A stretch of 47,942 nucleotides of DNA. Source: Octopus bimaculoides (taxonomy: Eukaryota). The DNA is taken from assembly GCF_001194135.2 (NCBI RefSeq), contig NC_068999.1, forward strand, positions 15,705,985 through 15,753,926, written 5' to 3'. Every line of letters starts with the position of its first letter. Within the stretch, counting starts at the first letter, position 1. The position numbers were made by a program, and so were the translations under genes. A model generated the notes under the pieces. That model was not told where the DNA came from. It saw only the letters and a list, made by a program, of their open reading frames with translations, and did no database searches. This document shows positions 26,179 through 40,394 of this stretch, piece after piece.

Positions 26179-26328
26179 CCAGCACTCCAAGCCGGTAGTT
26201 AACAGTTACAACAATGACTTCGCCAAAGCTAGCCAATACACTTCCGTCGTAGACGTTTCCGCTTCCGGAATCGTACGACTCACCATGGATAAATACCATT
26301 ACGGGCATAGGGTTCGTGTTGTTCCATT
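26179..26328 (-). CDS. NLGN: Internal coding exon of a neuroligin-family (type-B carboxylesterase/cholinesterase-like) gene
   Basis: The minus strand reads tttttatcttcag|AA TGG AAC...GGA GTG CTG G|gtaagtac, with a canonical acceptor and donor. The exon is 150 nt, phase 1/1, with no stops. Translation: (x)[49 protein letters not shown](G). The HGESY...[24 protein letters not shown] pattern is typical of invertebrate neuroligins. The family call is from motif recall, and the paralog cannot be assigned. Confidence 0.93.
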
Positions 26329-26908
26329 CTGAAGATAAAAAAACAAGTAGGATAGTGATTAGTACATGGTATACGTTAATTTAAATATGTATGCATTTTT
26401 ATGTATTTTACGGCAAGTAATTATTGGTTGTTGATTTGTTTTACGAAATCTCACTATAAAATACTTCAGGAAGAGGTACATGACTAAAGTTGAAAGGAAG
26501 TAAACCATGTACATGCAGTGTTATTGCTAACGGGGTTATCTGATAATGGACAAACACACAGATACACATATACGCACAAGCGCAAAAGAACCCGTTCAGA
26601 CACACGCGTGAGCGCGCGTGTATGAAAATGTAGTTTTCTTCTTCCATAATGTAGTAGTGGCATCGGTTCGGCATACGGTTTCAGTTGGCATTTCTAATCA
26701 TTAGTAGTGTTCATCTCAGCTGAATTTTTTCCGAAAGAGATAGAGTGTAGGTTACGAAGAAATGAAAAGAAAGCGAAGAAAACCCAGTGTTATTGTGTGT
26801 GTTCCATACATACGCATGTATATTTACATATACGTATTTTTTTCCCTCATTGCAAACATTTACAGTATACACTAAGCTTACAGTCAAATTAATGAAAATG
26901 TCTCTATA

Positions 26909-26982
<74 letters not shown>

Positions 26983-27754
26983 TTACAGGCATCTATAAAG
27001 AGTTACATGCACAGACCTACACTCGTGTGCGAGCAGTTAAATTTATATAAGCAGTAGATACAGTAAGCTTTTCTATAAATTCCATTCTATGATGAAGACG
27101 TAGATTACGGGACTGCATTTCTCGTGTAATCACATTGGAAGTATTTATAACTGCTATAAGAGAATATATTTGTAGGAAATAATTCTGAGGTCAAAATATT
27201 TATAGTGAAATGTATCGAGTTATTGATTGCAGTATTATATCACATTTGTTTGATTACTCTAGGTTTTCGCTTGCGTTGAACACTTACAAATTATTAGCTC
27301 CTTCACCATCATGCCACAAATAAATATGCCAAGTTACTGATTCATTATGGCGACGAAAATCTATCGAAAGTTCAACGTAAACGAAGACAAGATGACTATA
27401 GAAATCCCGTGAATATATCATATCAGCATATTTATCAATAAAGAAATAATAATACTGGACGCATATTATGCTTACTTCTCTTCCCTCAACCAGCTAAATT
27501 CAGTTCAGACACTTTGAAATTAAGACTGAAGTTAACGATTCTCCAATACTGGATTGGAAATATCACTAAAGAAAGGTCAAAAGCATTATGCGTTTGTCAG
27601 AACGAATATTCGATACGTCCAATTTTTTGTCTCTGTGTCTCTCACGTTCTCACTCTCTTTCATATGCGCTCCTTCTTTCTTACTCGCTTTTATGCACTAA
27701 TCTACTCAGAGTGTGTGTGCGTGTGTATGTGTGTGCATAAGTATNNNNNNNNNN

Positions 27755-27790
<36 letters not shown>

Positions 27791-28496
27791 ATATGTATAT
27801 ATAGTTCATGGTTCATCAACTTTTGTTTTCGTTATCTTTTATTGAATTTTAAATAGAGACCTTGATGTCATACTGTGTTTTGACTCTGTCATAACCTGAA
27901 ATGTTGGGCACCGAAAGTTAATGCGATTAGGAAGAAAACGTACCCATTAGTATTCGTATTGTTATCCAAAAATATATTTTGATAATTAATTTCCCTGAAT
28001 TCTACAATTGCATGCATTATCGAACGCACATTAGGGAAAACTACTTCAGCAGAAAATTTACGTATCTATGAAAATGGGAGATGATATGAAATAGAAATGA
28101 AAGCATTTTCAAAGGTAACAATCGAAGGAAATAATTGAAAATATATAACATATTGTGTCTCGATTATATAAAAGACGAAGAAAAACACGTAAGTTGTGGA
28201 ATCAGTCACTCGCACGCATATACAAGCCTTCTCGCAAATATACTTTCATGTACACACAGTTTCACATATGCAAATATGTACATTGTAATTATTGCCATAC
28301 ATCTTTGCAAGATATGAAGAATATTTTTCCCGTGTAAAATGTGTGTTATAAGGGCTCCATAATGTGAGTAAATAGAGTAATTGAAAACGGTTATGCCACA
28401 TTCGTCTTCATTTAGCTCTATCCATTAATCAATCACTCAATCGACCAATCAATGAATCAGTCAGCGAATCAGTCAATCAGTCAGTCTCTCTATCGA

Positions 28497-28502
28497 TCAG
28501 TA

Positions 28503-28575
<73 letters not shown>
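28497..28575. repeat. (TATC)n tetranucleotide microsatellite grading into (TGTC)n
   Basis: Directly visible in the sequence. Confidence 0.95.
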
Positions 28576-31252
28576 GTTTGTCTGTCTGTGTGTCTGTCTG
28601 TCTGTTTGCCTGCGTGTCTCTCTCTGTGTTTGTGAGTATTAAAATTAGGCTTTCAATAAACAGCAAGATAGAGGCTCCTATTAATCATTCAGTTTCAAAG
28701 ACCAAACATGTCGCGAGTGACTGTGACTTGGGTTCCTTTCTCTTCATATGCCATCAAATGCTGTCGAAATTTTTCTGGAACTCCGCCGAGTTCCTAGCGT
28801 AAATTTTCGCCAGTTATTGTTGAATTTGGCCCAGTTTCAAGATTTTAGTCTCAGGATCTTTTCCTCAGTTTAAAATGCTGGTATCCTTCTTGATAAAAAG
28901 TACATTGCCATCAATCTTCTCCATAAGAAACATTTGAAACTGAATTTCAGAAATTAAGATTTTTCGTTTACATTCTTCGTTGTTCAAATTACGATAAAAC
29001 GCCAAGTACACTAAGCACTCGTTCACTTTAGTTTTTCTCAAATAATAGGCGCAATGATGCTGTGCCTATTATTCAAGCGAGCGATGATACCATGAATATA
29101 CCATACTTCAAAATGACCTCGTTACATTAGCTTGCTGGAACCTGATTTAGAAGTGGACATGTAGAACTGGCAATTTTAGTTGAGAAGTCTGGTAATCCTT
29201 TTGCTAATAAGAGAGCTAGAGTATATATGGGCTTTCCTTATGCATTATAAATAAATATTCTTTCACCAAATATAAAGGAATGTTAGTGAGAGACTTGAAC
29301 GCTGGTTTTCGTTATCAATTATTCAGTATTGAGTAACTGCATGAGTATTTGAATGAAGATTTCGAAAGTATTAATACTTTTTCTGTTTAGAAAACTTAAA
29401 TCCACTTAGACTTTCGTGTGCTTTGTGACTGTGTTAGTCGTCGTATCTGAATGTACGCTGTTCATGTGTGGGTGTGTTGTTTTGTAAAATCTCTCATTTC
29501 TTTCTTTGAGAGACTTTGATCTAATTTGGTTTAATGTTTAAAATTATGTTGTCGTTTTTTCAAATATTCGAATTTTCATTGTGATTTAGAAAAGATTAAT
29601 CTACTAAGATTATATCAAAAACCAATAAAAGTACGAATGACATATTCACCTAAATCTTCAGATACAACAATTCAATTCCGTTAAGTGAAACTGTCACAGC
29701 GATCCAGGCTTGAAAAATGTCCTTACCGCTATTGACAAACTCTATTAGTTAGAAAGGAAGAGATTAACAGAAGTAATCATAGCATTTCTATAAGATTGTC
29801 ATTTGAAATTAATTCATTAATGACAGACGTGCTTGGTTAGAGTAATTATTTGGACGACTCATTTTTATTCTGTTCTGTGATATAAAGTCTGCATTTACAG
29901 CAAGAACAAGCAGAAAACGAAGAAAGTTCCAACATCAGTAATTTCTTAAATGTCTCTATTGTTTAGGACATGCCACCTGTTGTTATTTATAAATGAATTA
30001 AACATGTAGAAACCAGGAGTGAAATTTCGCCTGTTCAGAATTCTCTGTTTTTTTTTGTTTTGTTTTTTTCTGAATTTCTTATCAATACTTAAATCCTTAC
30101 TTTAATCTACCAATATTGCAAAATGTTAAGAAGAGAAAAGGAAAAATCTAAAACAAGCAACAAAGAGAGACGAAATGAAAATCTTCTCATTATTCTAATA
30201 CAATTCAACTGGTATAATAGTAGCTGAATGAAAGGATTTCAGGAATAAATCTTCATTAGGAAGAAATACTCAGCCAACTTTAACGATTAACTTAGATATT
30301 CGTTTCAATTTGATAATGCTCTTCAATTAAAGCAAATCCACTTGCTTAAGAATTTATTCAGCACCAACGTATACTACCATTACTAACAATATTTTCTTAG
30401 TGAGAGCACTACATTCAGCACATTTGTGCATCATCGTGAAGCATCTTATTCAATTCATGGGGAAACATATGTCAATCTAGGAATATTGTATTTATTGAAA
30501 ACCTCAAGTTACTGTATACAGGGTTTTAGGATTCACTCTTGCAATATATCTATATTACCAAATAACATATTCGTTATGAACCAGACAGGATTTTGGATCT
30601 TCTGGATATTAAAATACCATTTTGTTAATAAAACCTAAAAATGATTAAATCATTACCAATATGAGTGACATTAAACATGCAATAAATATTAACAAAAATG
30701 TAAGATTAGCATAATGACATGTTTAATATTTTATTTAGCTGCGTTAATTTATGGATATGATTTATGACTCGTTATATTTTGTAAAAATTACTACACTTGA
30801 CATTCTCCGCCACACTTTTGGTAGTCGCTTGATTTTCTTAGGTTAGCTGTCGAATTTCAAATAAACGAGTAATGGTGTTAACTGGAATGCATTTATTACA
30901 GACTTGTGCTTACAGGGAGGATTTTTCCCTACATCAGAAAAGGCTTTATTTATATCATTCAAAGAGACTCAGGTGCACTCAATCGTAAACACACACACAC
31001 ACACACATACACGAACACACCTTCCATATATATANNNNNNNNNNNNNNNNNNNNNNNNNNNNNNNNNNNNNNNNNNNNNNNNNNNNNNNNNNNNNNNNNN
31101 NNNNNNNNNNNNNNNNNNNNNNNNNNNNNNNNNNNNNNNNNNNNNNNNNNNNNNNNNNNNNNNNNNGTAACCTACTAAGGGATAAAATATCCGTATATAC
31201 TATCAGTATCCGTTACCTGTGTTACATATATATATATGTATATACATGTGAA

Positions 31253-31583
31253 GGCGCATAGCTCAGTGGTTAGAGCGTCGAGCTTACGATCGTGAGGTTG
31301 CGAGTTCGAATCCCGGACCTGGCTGCGTGTGTGTTCTTCAGCAAGACATTTTATTTCACGTTGCTTCATTTCACTCAGCTGTAAAAATAAGTTGTGACGT
31401 CACAGGTGCCAAACTGTATCGGCCTTTGCCTTTCCCTTGGATAACATCAGTGGCCTGGAGAGGAGAGGCCGGTATGCATGGGCGACTGTTGGTCTCCCAT
31501 AAAACAACCTTGCCCGGACTTGTGCTTGGGAGGGTAGCTTTCTAGGTGCAGTCCCATGGTCAGTTATGACCAAAGGGGGTCTC
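31253..31583 (+). mobile_element. tRNA-derived SINE, family C, near full-length, inserted in a (TA)n tract
   Basis: The head is well preserved (GGCGCATAGCTCAGTGGTTAGAGCG...GAGTTCGAATCCCGG, with A and B boxes). The body reads gcaagacattttatttcacgttgct...cactcagctgtaaaaa. The head does not fold as a complete tRNA. Confidence 0.85.
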
Positions 31584-33654
31584 AGCATATATACATATAT
31601 ATATTCTTTCCAATCCAGAAGACTTTGCAACCAAATATTTACAGGCTATTCTTTATAACTATGTGTGATATACTTGGAAAACCACTATACCAAAATAGAA
31701 ATATTTCACGTTCTTTTGAAAGTTTATAAAATTGTTACGACGTCAACAGCAACACTATTAAGTTTTATTTTCTCAGGAAGTTATTGAGAAATGTTTGTTG
31801 CATTTTAGGAATGGCAGTGTGAAAGCGAATTACTTAGATCTTCATCTGAAGAATTTATATCCTTTTGCTTAGAAAGGTTTTTACTAGACACAAATAAAAT
31901 AGAGAATGGAACAGACACAGGAGGTAAGAGAGTGTATGAGGAATATCCTTCCAATTTTCTGTATTTCGCTCTTCTTCATATCTTCTTCCTTTTCCTTTCA
32001 TTCTCTCTTCACTTTCCACTTATATACCAAAATGTCCTTTTACTGAAGAAAGATGACTTCCTCAGATAAATATCTGATCTATTTCTCAGCCTCTGTCTAT
32101 CCGAAAAAGCAACAGATATTTGAATAACTCACTTCCGACTTTTCACACGACAGGAGATTGTATTGTTTGCATTCATTGCTAGTATTAAGAATAAATTTAT
32201 CATGTGAGGAATATTTAGAGCTATCTAAACAAATTCTCTAATATAATCTAATCTTAGATGCAATACATCGCCAAACACACGAATTCAACTTCAGAAATTT
32301 ACCAATCTGCCACGAAATAGAAAATTCATATAGAAGTCGTTGATATATATCAGTATTAAAAACATCACCTGGTATTAAGGAGGCTTGTTAACGTTCGAAA
32401 TATATTTTAACTCTGTTAACAAAGGATGAATGCACATCGAATTAGGCAAAAAAAATAAAGAGTCAACGAAAAATTGTTGTTCAATTTGTCTAAAACACGC
32501 AATAAAGAAATCAAAAACATTCCAAGAGTATAGATAACCGTAGAAAATAACAAACAAAATGTGTGTATTCGGGAATCACATAAAATTCGGGCATTTCAAG
32601 AAATTAAAGAAGGAAAAAACATAGAACAAGCTAACGAGATCAGATGAGGAATAATATGCATATTTCCATAGAACAATTGTTATAGTTTATGAGTATTCGA
32701 AATGTATATGTATATGCTAATTCAGCATGAAATTAGTCTCATCCTTCGATCATTTGAAACGAAAGCAGAGTTAATTCCCCTGGGATCAAAACCGGTAGAA
32801 CATAACTTCATCAATGGAGCCTATCTAAACCTATTGAAAATGAAAATTTAAATAATCAATTAGAGGAGTAATCTCTCGCAGACACAAACAGAACAAAGAT
32901 ACTTTGACCAGTATCTCGTTTACAATCACTGTAGAACACGCATCTGTAAACGGCAATTTCATAGGGGGTCTGAAGGAAAGTAACGTACGATCCACCATGT
33001 AATGATTCTCATATTAATGATTCTCATACGTCAGCTGAAATTTAGTTTCGGCGGGAAAATCTCATAAAAACACCAGATTCAAAGAGATGAATATGTATTA
33101 CACAAAAAACGAAAAGATCTGTTCCATTTCTCCAATGTTTCCCTCTCTCCACTTCTATCTGTCTCTCACACTTATATATATTGTGTATGCATATCTTCAT
33201 TAACGTACACAGACATCCATATCTACAAACATACATCCTTACAAACACACTGACACACGCACTCACATACACACATGTATACAGCAATACCTCACTTCAT
33301 GATGACCTGCTTTATGAGACCCCGGGTTTATGAGTTTTATTTTAGAATAGATATAAAAAAGCTTAAACAGTCATTTTGTATGTGTGTGGCAACGTCGCAA
33401 CATGTGTGGATACATGTGGCAACACTGGTTCTGAAGCGTCTGTTCAGCAACGGAGTAAGATGACGGAATAAAATTTCATTGCTACTATGGGAAATTATTA
33501 ATCTGCTATACAAGCTTTCGCTTTACGATCGATGACCGGTAACAGATTAACTCGTATATCGAAGCAATACTATATATATATCAGCTATGTCACGGCATAC
33601 GTGCTTTTCTTGGACTTTTCTGTTTCTTTCCGGCCTTATCTCCCTTCCCTCCTT

Positions 33655-33682
33655 TTGACGAAGAGCCATGCTTGAAACGACA
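33655..33682 (+). ncRNA. Degenerate minimal hammerhead motif (GAGC-cat-GCTC family)
   Basis: The sequence reads TTGACGA-A-GAGC-cat-GCTT-GAAAC-GAC-A. Its differences fall at other positions than those of the 2482-2509 copy, and together the two give CTGACGAAGAGCCATGCTCGAAACGTCA. Confidence 0.5.
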
Positions 33683-34576
33683 CGCCCCCACAGTTTTCAA
33701 TCTTAAATTTTCTCTGAACGTTAGTCTAATACATTCACTGTGAATAACTTTTTGACTTTTTTTGCTTTTACTGCCTGTTTTATTTTTAGTTTTGTCTTTG
33801 TGCATCTGAGGATTGCTCTGCATATTAAACTGATGTAAAAATTGCGTTGTTCAATTAAGTGGAGTTGCATGAAACGATCGTACTGCATTACCTCTGGATA
33901 TCATTCTTGCTTATTTTGATATATATATATACATACAGACACAGTTGTCTGTGTGTATGTGTGTGTGTGCGTGTGTACCTCTGTTGATTCACTACGTCAC
34001 AACTATGAGTTTCTGAATATAAGCGCTAACAATATAGATGGGATATAAACGCTAAAAGGTCGAACCTTTTTATAAACACCTAACAGTGATGAAATGAATT
34101 ACCAGTTTCCTACGAATAAATGATTGCAACACAACATGTATAGAATTATCTATTCTTCGTTTTTGAACTCAGTCTCTCTGAACAAGATGACATAAAATTT
34201 GCCAAAATAGAGCTATAATAGCAGAGATATAATAGTTGAGAGTGGATGTACATTGTCATACTTAATGTCTGGGATTACTGGTGCTTGAACGTTGTCTTTA
34301 GCAATGAAGCAGAAACCAACTTACTTTAGTAACAGGCGTTACGATGCTAACTATGAGTTTGCATCAAAGAGATTCATCGGAGCATGAAATATACACGAAG
34401 CCAATATACAAGAGGAAAGCGGAAACTGACAATGAGCGTATGTGTTAGTATATGTGTGTGTGTGTTTTTTGTTTGCGTATCTGCGAGCGTATACAGGTGT
34501 ATGTGTGTATGTGTGAGTATGTTTGTGTAGGAGTGTAACTATGTAAGCATATGTACGTGAGTCTACAGATATAGAC

Positions 34577-34631
<55 letters not shown>

Positions 34632-35109
34632 GAGAGACAAAGAGAAAAAGAAAGACGGAGACAAAGAGAGAAAGAAGAAAGTGTGAGAGAGACAGATAGA
34701 GAGAGAGAGAGAGACGGATAGAGAGAGAGAGTGAAAGAGAGAGACGTTGACATACTATGTCAGAGTATTAATTTTATGGTCAATATATTTGACGATTTAC
34801 GTCCCCTTAATGCTTGGCATTGCGCCTATACTATAATTCGATATTAAAACATAATATTTGAAAAAACATAAGCATGAGCGGAATGACTATATGCTGTTTT
34901 CAGTAATATTTTCTGCCAAAATCTGATGTGACAAGAGTTAATCCTAAATAAATATATCATTATGTGGCATTTGAATTCAATTTCTAACAATCAATAAACC
35001 GAAAATTTTATTCCAAACAAACCGTAAGTCATATGTCCGGGTTTCTCCGTGTATTTAGTTATACGTCCATATGTCCGTAGGTGTATGCATGTGTAAGCAT
35101 GTGTGTGGA

Positions 35110-35203
<94 letters not shown>

Positions 35204-35814
35204 CAGAAACTCTCAGATATAATTATGTCTGTAATTCTTTATATCTATATATTCACACACACATATATATATATACACAAGTGTGGGTGTGTACCTATGC
35301 TTATGTTTGTAAGGAAATGTAATTACATCCGAATATTTTAGTAATCTGTTAGATTTCCCGAATGATATTTGAAACCGTTCATTGTTAGAAATTTCTTCCT
35401 ATATATTATATGACTGAAATAACGTTTAATAAGGAAGAGTGAAATTATATTTGTATTTACGAAATATCAACAAAATTTACAAAGTTGAGTGTCATATGAA
35501 AACTTCAACAAATCTAGTTAGACCGTAGTTTGATGTGTGTTGTCAAGACAGATAATGAATCTATGACTGTTGTGAAAAATAAGGTGTACTAAATGATATA
35601 AATATTGTTGATATTTCTGTAGTCAGTTCCAATTTAAAGTACATCCGTTAAGACGTGGATTTCCGTTTGTTTTCGCTAGAGGAGCAGTAGACGAGCCATG
35701 GGTAATCTTGGTCGAGAATATATCACACACACACAGACATGCGCGCACGCACGTACCCACACATACACACTGATCTCTCATTTTCTTGCAGTCTGCTGTG
35801 TTTGAAGGAACTTT

Positions 35815-36540
35815 TTCTTTACGTGATCGACTTGGCCTTTCATCTTTTCAGAGTCGATAAAAATATCTACAAGTTAAGTACTGGGATCGATATAATCGAC
35901 TTGCTTCTTCCTGCCTCCAAACTGGTAGCCCTGGGCCAAATTTTGAAACTTAAATTTGGAAAATTCGTTACCGTATTGAACAAAAAGCTTGGCATTATTT
36001 CTTCTGAACTTTTTGATCTAAGTTCAAATTCCACTGAAGTCAACTTTGCCTCTTATCATTTAGGTGTCGATGGAATAAGAACCAATCTGAGGTCGATATA
36101 TTCGACCAGCTCTCTAACTGCCAAATTTCAAGTCTTGTGCCTATATCAGAAAGTAACATTATAATTATTATCAAGACGGCGAGCTATCGTCCATCTTTAC
36201 ATTCTGAGTTTACATTCCACCGAGGTCGATTTTGCCTTTCGTCCTTTCGAGATCGATAAAGTAATTACCAGTTGAATACTGGAGTCGCTGTAATCGACTT
36301 AAGCCCTAGCCCCAAATTTCATGTTTTGTGCTTTTAGTAGAACGGATTATTATTATTATTGGTATAATTTGGCGAGCAGGTAGAATCGCTAGCACGCCGG
36401 CAAAATGCTTTAAATGCATGACGCCCGTTTTCTGGTCGAAAAATTAGGTACCACTGAAACACTGGGGTAGATATAATCGTCTAGTCTCCTGCCCCAAAAC
36501 ATTTCAGGCCTTGTACCTTTAGTAGAAAGTATTATTATTA
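35815..36540 (+). mobile_element. Head-to-tail array of four degraded SINE family A units
   Basis: Units lie at ~35815-35952, ~35958-36170, ~36172-36360 and ~36368-36540. They repeat gtcga..ttgcc.ttc / tcgata / taatcgac / ccttgtgc blocks, and the last three units end in ATT-rich tails. Confidence 0.75.
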
Positions 36541-37280
36541 CTATTAGTTGTATTATTTTCGTGTTCAGATATAGAATTATGTTATAATTTAGTTGTACAT
36601 CATATCAATTTGTTTTGCCTGACTTCGAAATGAAATCGTGTGACAATAAAATACATTATCAACAAAATTAAGTATGACCATTTGATCTTTTGAGATATTT
36701 ACTAATATTAAACTAATATTATTGAGTGTAGTATAGTATTATGCGTCGTCGTGAATACTGTTACAGCTGCTTTGAAATCAATACATATTCGGTTTAATGT
36801 TTTTGTTTGCAGTAGAAAAAATACAGAGAAAACAATGATATGCAGAAGTAAATTCATTTTAATTCCAAACTCACTGCGAATATTGAATTACATCAAAAGA
36901 CAGTTAATATTCATTTGGAAGACAACGGTTGCAAAACTAGTCATAATTTATCGATTACCTTTTTTTAAGTGGTGTAAACAAACTTGCGTCGGATTGTTAT
37001 GGATCACGTGACGACTGAATAATTAGCCTTACAGGTTAATGAGTGCTTTCATCATGTAAACTTTAAAACCGACATACAAAATGGACATTTGTTTTGTTTC
37101 CCTCTCATTGTGCAAAAGAATAACAATGTTAGTAGTTCCCCGAAAAACTAGAAAAACAAATTAAATATATTATGGAAAAAAACTACTATGTATTTTATTA
37201 TTATTCACATAATAAGATTAACATTAATCACACATATAGGTGCTTTTTTTTTTCTCGCTCTCTCTTTCTCTCGCCTGTCT

Positions 37281-37322
<42 letters not shown>

Positions 37323-37343
37323 GTGTGTGTATGNNNNNNNNNN

Positions 37344-37408
<65 letters not shown>

Positions 37409-38704
37409 AGATGTAGACGGAGCGGGAAGGTAGATAGGCAGAGAAAACGAAAAAGAGAGGAGGGTTACATGAGGTCAAATTTTGTTGAGGTCAGGAGACA
37501 GGTTAAACGCGATATAATAGTGAAAATTTCTGTATGTGAATTACAAATAAGTGATATTATGCCTGCGCTAGATGTGTTATATGAACTTTGCATGATAACT
37601 GGAACATTTTAGTTTAATGTTTATGAAAAACAAACGTCTTTCGAATGTTTTTCTCTCATTTTCATAGAATCACATAATGACTAAACATTGATTGTGTCAT
37701 TTAAATTGCAATGCTCAATATAATTAGATATATGTAATGGCCACAACTAATATAAAACTGATTTAATTACTGGTATGAAATACAAAGCGTGCAACAATAG
37801 CACTGATAGTAATTGAACCTCTATTGTGCAGTTTCGCAGGCGGCCACGTAACCGGTCCTACTATCAAAATGTAGTCAATCCTACCTCCTAAATTAGGAAA
37901 TAATTCCCCTTGTGTAACTCTTATATTTTGCTGCCACAAACTTTTAAGTTTTCGCAAATAACTGATTAGCGTAAACCAAACATTATTTCTATTCAATATT
38001 TATCAACAACATATGCTCAGGTCCATTAGACGCCGGCCTCTGAGGATAGAAACATGCATTTACTACACAATAACTTTGAGTAGTCCCCACCTTTCCACTA
38101 CCACGTTGAATCTTACAGAATATATATAACTAGAAAGGCCGTTTCCTGAGTTCAGCCACTATGTGTCTAGGATCTTGGAGGACAGCCAATAGATGTTTAG
38201 CTTATGGTCACTCACTGTTTCCACACACACATGTATATATACACACACACACACACGCACATACACACACACACACACATTCTCGCAGCCATAAGGTTAT
38301 TTCGTAACATTATCCAGTAAACCAAATAGAGAGTTTGCATCTCAAGACAGACTCGGCCGTTCTCATTACTCCCACAAGATGCTATAACGCGTATCTGAAC
38401 CACCGAAATACCTACTAATGTCCAAAATATTGTCGTACTTCGACTCAAATTTTAGGGCGAGAATTGGTCAATAGAAATTAATGGCATGTTATATGTTTAT
38501 ATCTTAATGTCATTACGTATCATACTCACCAATTTAAAAGACAGAACATATTCATGAAAATGTAGCTTTGTTGTTGATGTGTACTATTTCTAGTTGTTCC
38601 TTGCAATCTACGTCTATGAATAAACTTTTATGTGGATGACCCAAGCTTCTCTACTTCAAATTAGTAATACAGAATGTTAGCTAATAATAATAAGAAGAAT
38701 AAGA

Positions 38705-38889
38705 ATAAGAATACTAACCCTTTCTACTATAGGCCTGAAATTGTGGGTAAGGGCACTAGTCGATTACATCGACGCCAGTGTTTCACTGGTACTTAATTTA
38801 TCAGCCCTGAGGGGATGAAAGAGGAAGTCGACCTTGGCGGAATTTGAACTCAGAATGTAAAGACGGAGGAAATGCCGCTAAGCAATTTA
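38705..38889 (-). mobile_element. SINE family A
   Basis: Reverse-complement blocks are present: ctagtcgattacatcgac, ggtacttaatttatc, gtcgaccttggcggaatttgaactcagaatgtaaagac and aatgccgctaagca. Confidence 0.85.
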
Positions 38890-40394
38890 CCTGTATCTAT
38901 CTATCTCAATTGTATGTGGATCTCAATTGATTGTGCTGAAGCAGTGAATTTTTTTTTAATCACAAAAACGACGAAATGCTACTATCAACCGCGATGCAAT
39001 GATTTTACGATGTGTTTGAATTCATTAACTTTCAGTGTTACAAAAATGACAATCTTGCCTTTATTGTAAAATGAATAAAATATGTACGTATCTTACTCTC
39101 TGTAGTTCTGTTTTACACTATATGATCAACTCAGCAGTTAATCGCACATTACGATAAAATTAACAGAAAATTTCATTTCTTTGTTTGAAGATTTCCTTTG
39201 TATGTAATGAAATACCAAACAATTTGTTTTTTAAAGTATAGTGCGCTTATTGCTATTTACTTTATTGCAATTCTACATAAAATCTATGGGAAAATATTTA
39301 AACATATATAAAGACTTGTGCAGTTTTCAACAAATGTATTTCGTACCATTTACTTGCAACCAATTTCGTTACTACAATTGCAAATAACATGCATTTTGAT
39401 TGCCATTTTTCTACAGATTCAATAATAAAATTGCTCGAAACATTTCCATTCTAATTTTTCAAACTATTTCATTCAACCTGATAATTAGAGGAACTTTAAT
39501 TGACAACAAAACCATCGCTTTGCACAACATAAATAACAGAAATTTTGGTTTATTAGAGTATAATTAAGATTGTCTGATAATTGCACAGAATGCTATTACC
39601 TAAATTACACCTCTTATTGCAATGATTATATTCAAAGAAAGAGCCATGAAAAAGTAAACAATATCGAAGGCAAACATTAATTAAGAATGCTTATATGCAA
39701 ATAAGTGAATGCACCAAAAGAATATATGTGTCTTGTTTTGTGTGGGTGTGTAATTATAATATATTTTCATTAAGCTTTATATATANNNNNNNNNNNNNNN
39801 NNNNNNNNNNNNNNNNNNNNNNNATATATATATATATATAATACAGCATTAAAAAATTACATTGTAATGTTTTCAAAGAATATACAGTTCCTCTTGTTAA
39901 TGAGTATTTTCTTAAATTAAATTCTCTGTTTTCTGTTCTATCGGTATTTTTTTTTCAATAAATGATGTGTCAGTTCCGTTTTCTCAAGTGTTGTTTAATG
40001 CAATAATTTCAAAGCAATAAAATGCATATCTAATGATGATGAGAATAATGATGATGAAGTCGAAAATGTTGATGAGTACAAAGAGGATAATCATGCGTAA
40101 AACTGATTTTTTATGAAGAATTACATGTATGATCCAACATTGAAATACGATTGAGTAAGCAAAATTCATCTTAAATTTCCCTGAACCGCAAAGTAAAATA
40201 CTATTAGTCTTTTACAGTAGATATTACATTTGCTAGTATTTTATCTTTTTTTTACTTTTTCTTCTTTTTCTTACATATCTGATTTAATATTTTATTCCAA
40301 TTACACATTGTTTTGAAGGAAAAACTTTCGATAAGTCCAAGCAATTATATTTAATACGAAATATACAGGAGCACCAGGAAATATATATGTATTG

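Noticed and set aside
26602-26621. Perfect 7-bp hairpin ACACGCG/CGCGTGT near the exon
   Set aside because: It is explained by a (CA)n-(CG)n-(TG)n microsatellite transition, and such motifs are common here.
28820-28872. Minus-strand CTGAGGA-A-AAGAT...ATCTT-GAAAC, hammerhead-like
   Set aside because: The core and helix II fit, but there is no proper helix III with an NUH site and no helix I. It is compatible with chance.
31253-31325. Possible tRNA gene
   Set aside because: The A and B boxes are present, but the acceptor and anticodon stems do not pair and it continues into a SINE body. The same applies to 24296-24368.
33590-33823. Lys-rich 77-aa minus-strand ORF
   Set aside because: Its composition reflects the pyrimidine tract next to the hammerhead remnant. 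There is no splice or domain support.
33828-33888. CTGATGT...GAAAC-GATC-GTA with a palindromic helix III
   Set aside because: A9 is not conserved, helix II needs a bulge, and there is no helix I pairing.
35739-36164. 141-aa plus-strand ORF
   Set aside because: It lies across degraded SINE units and has no protein motif.
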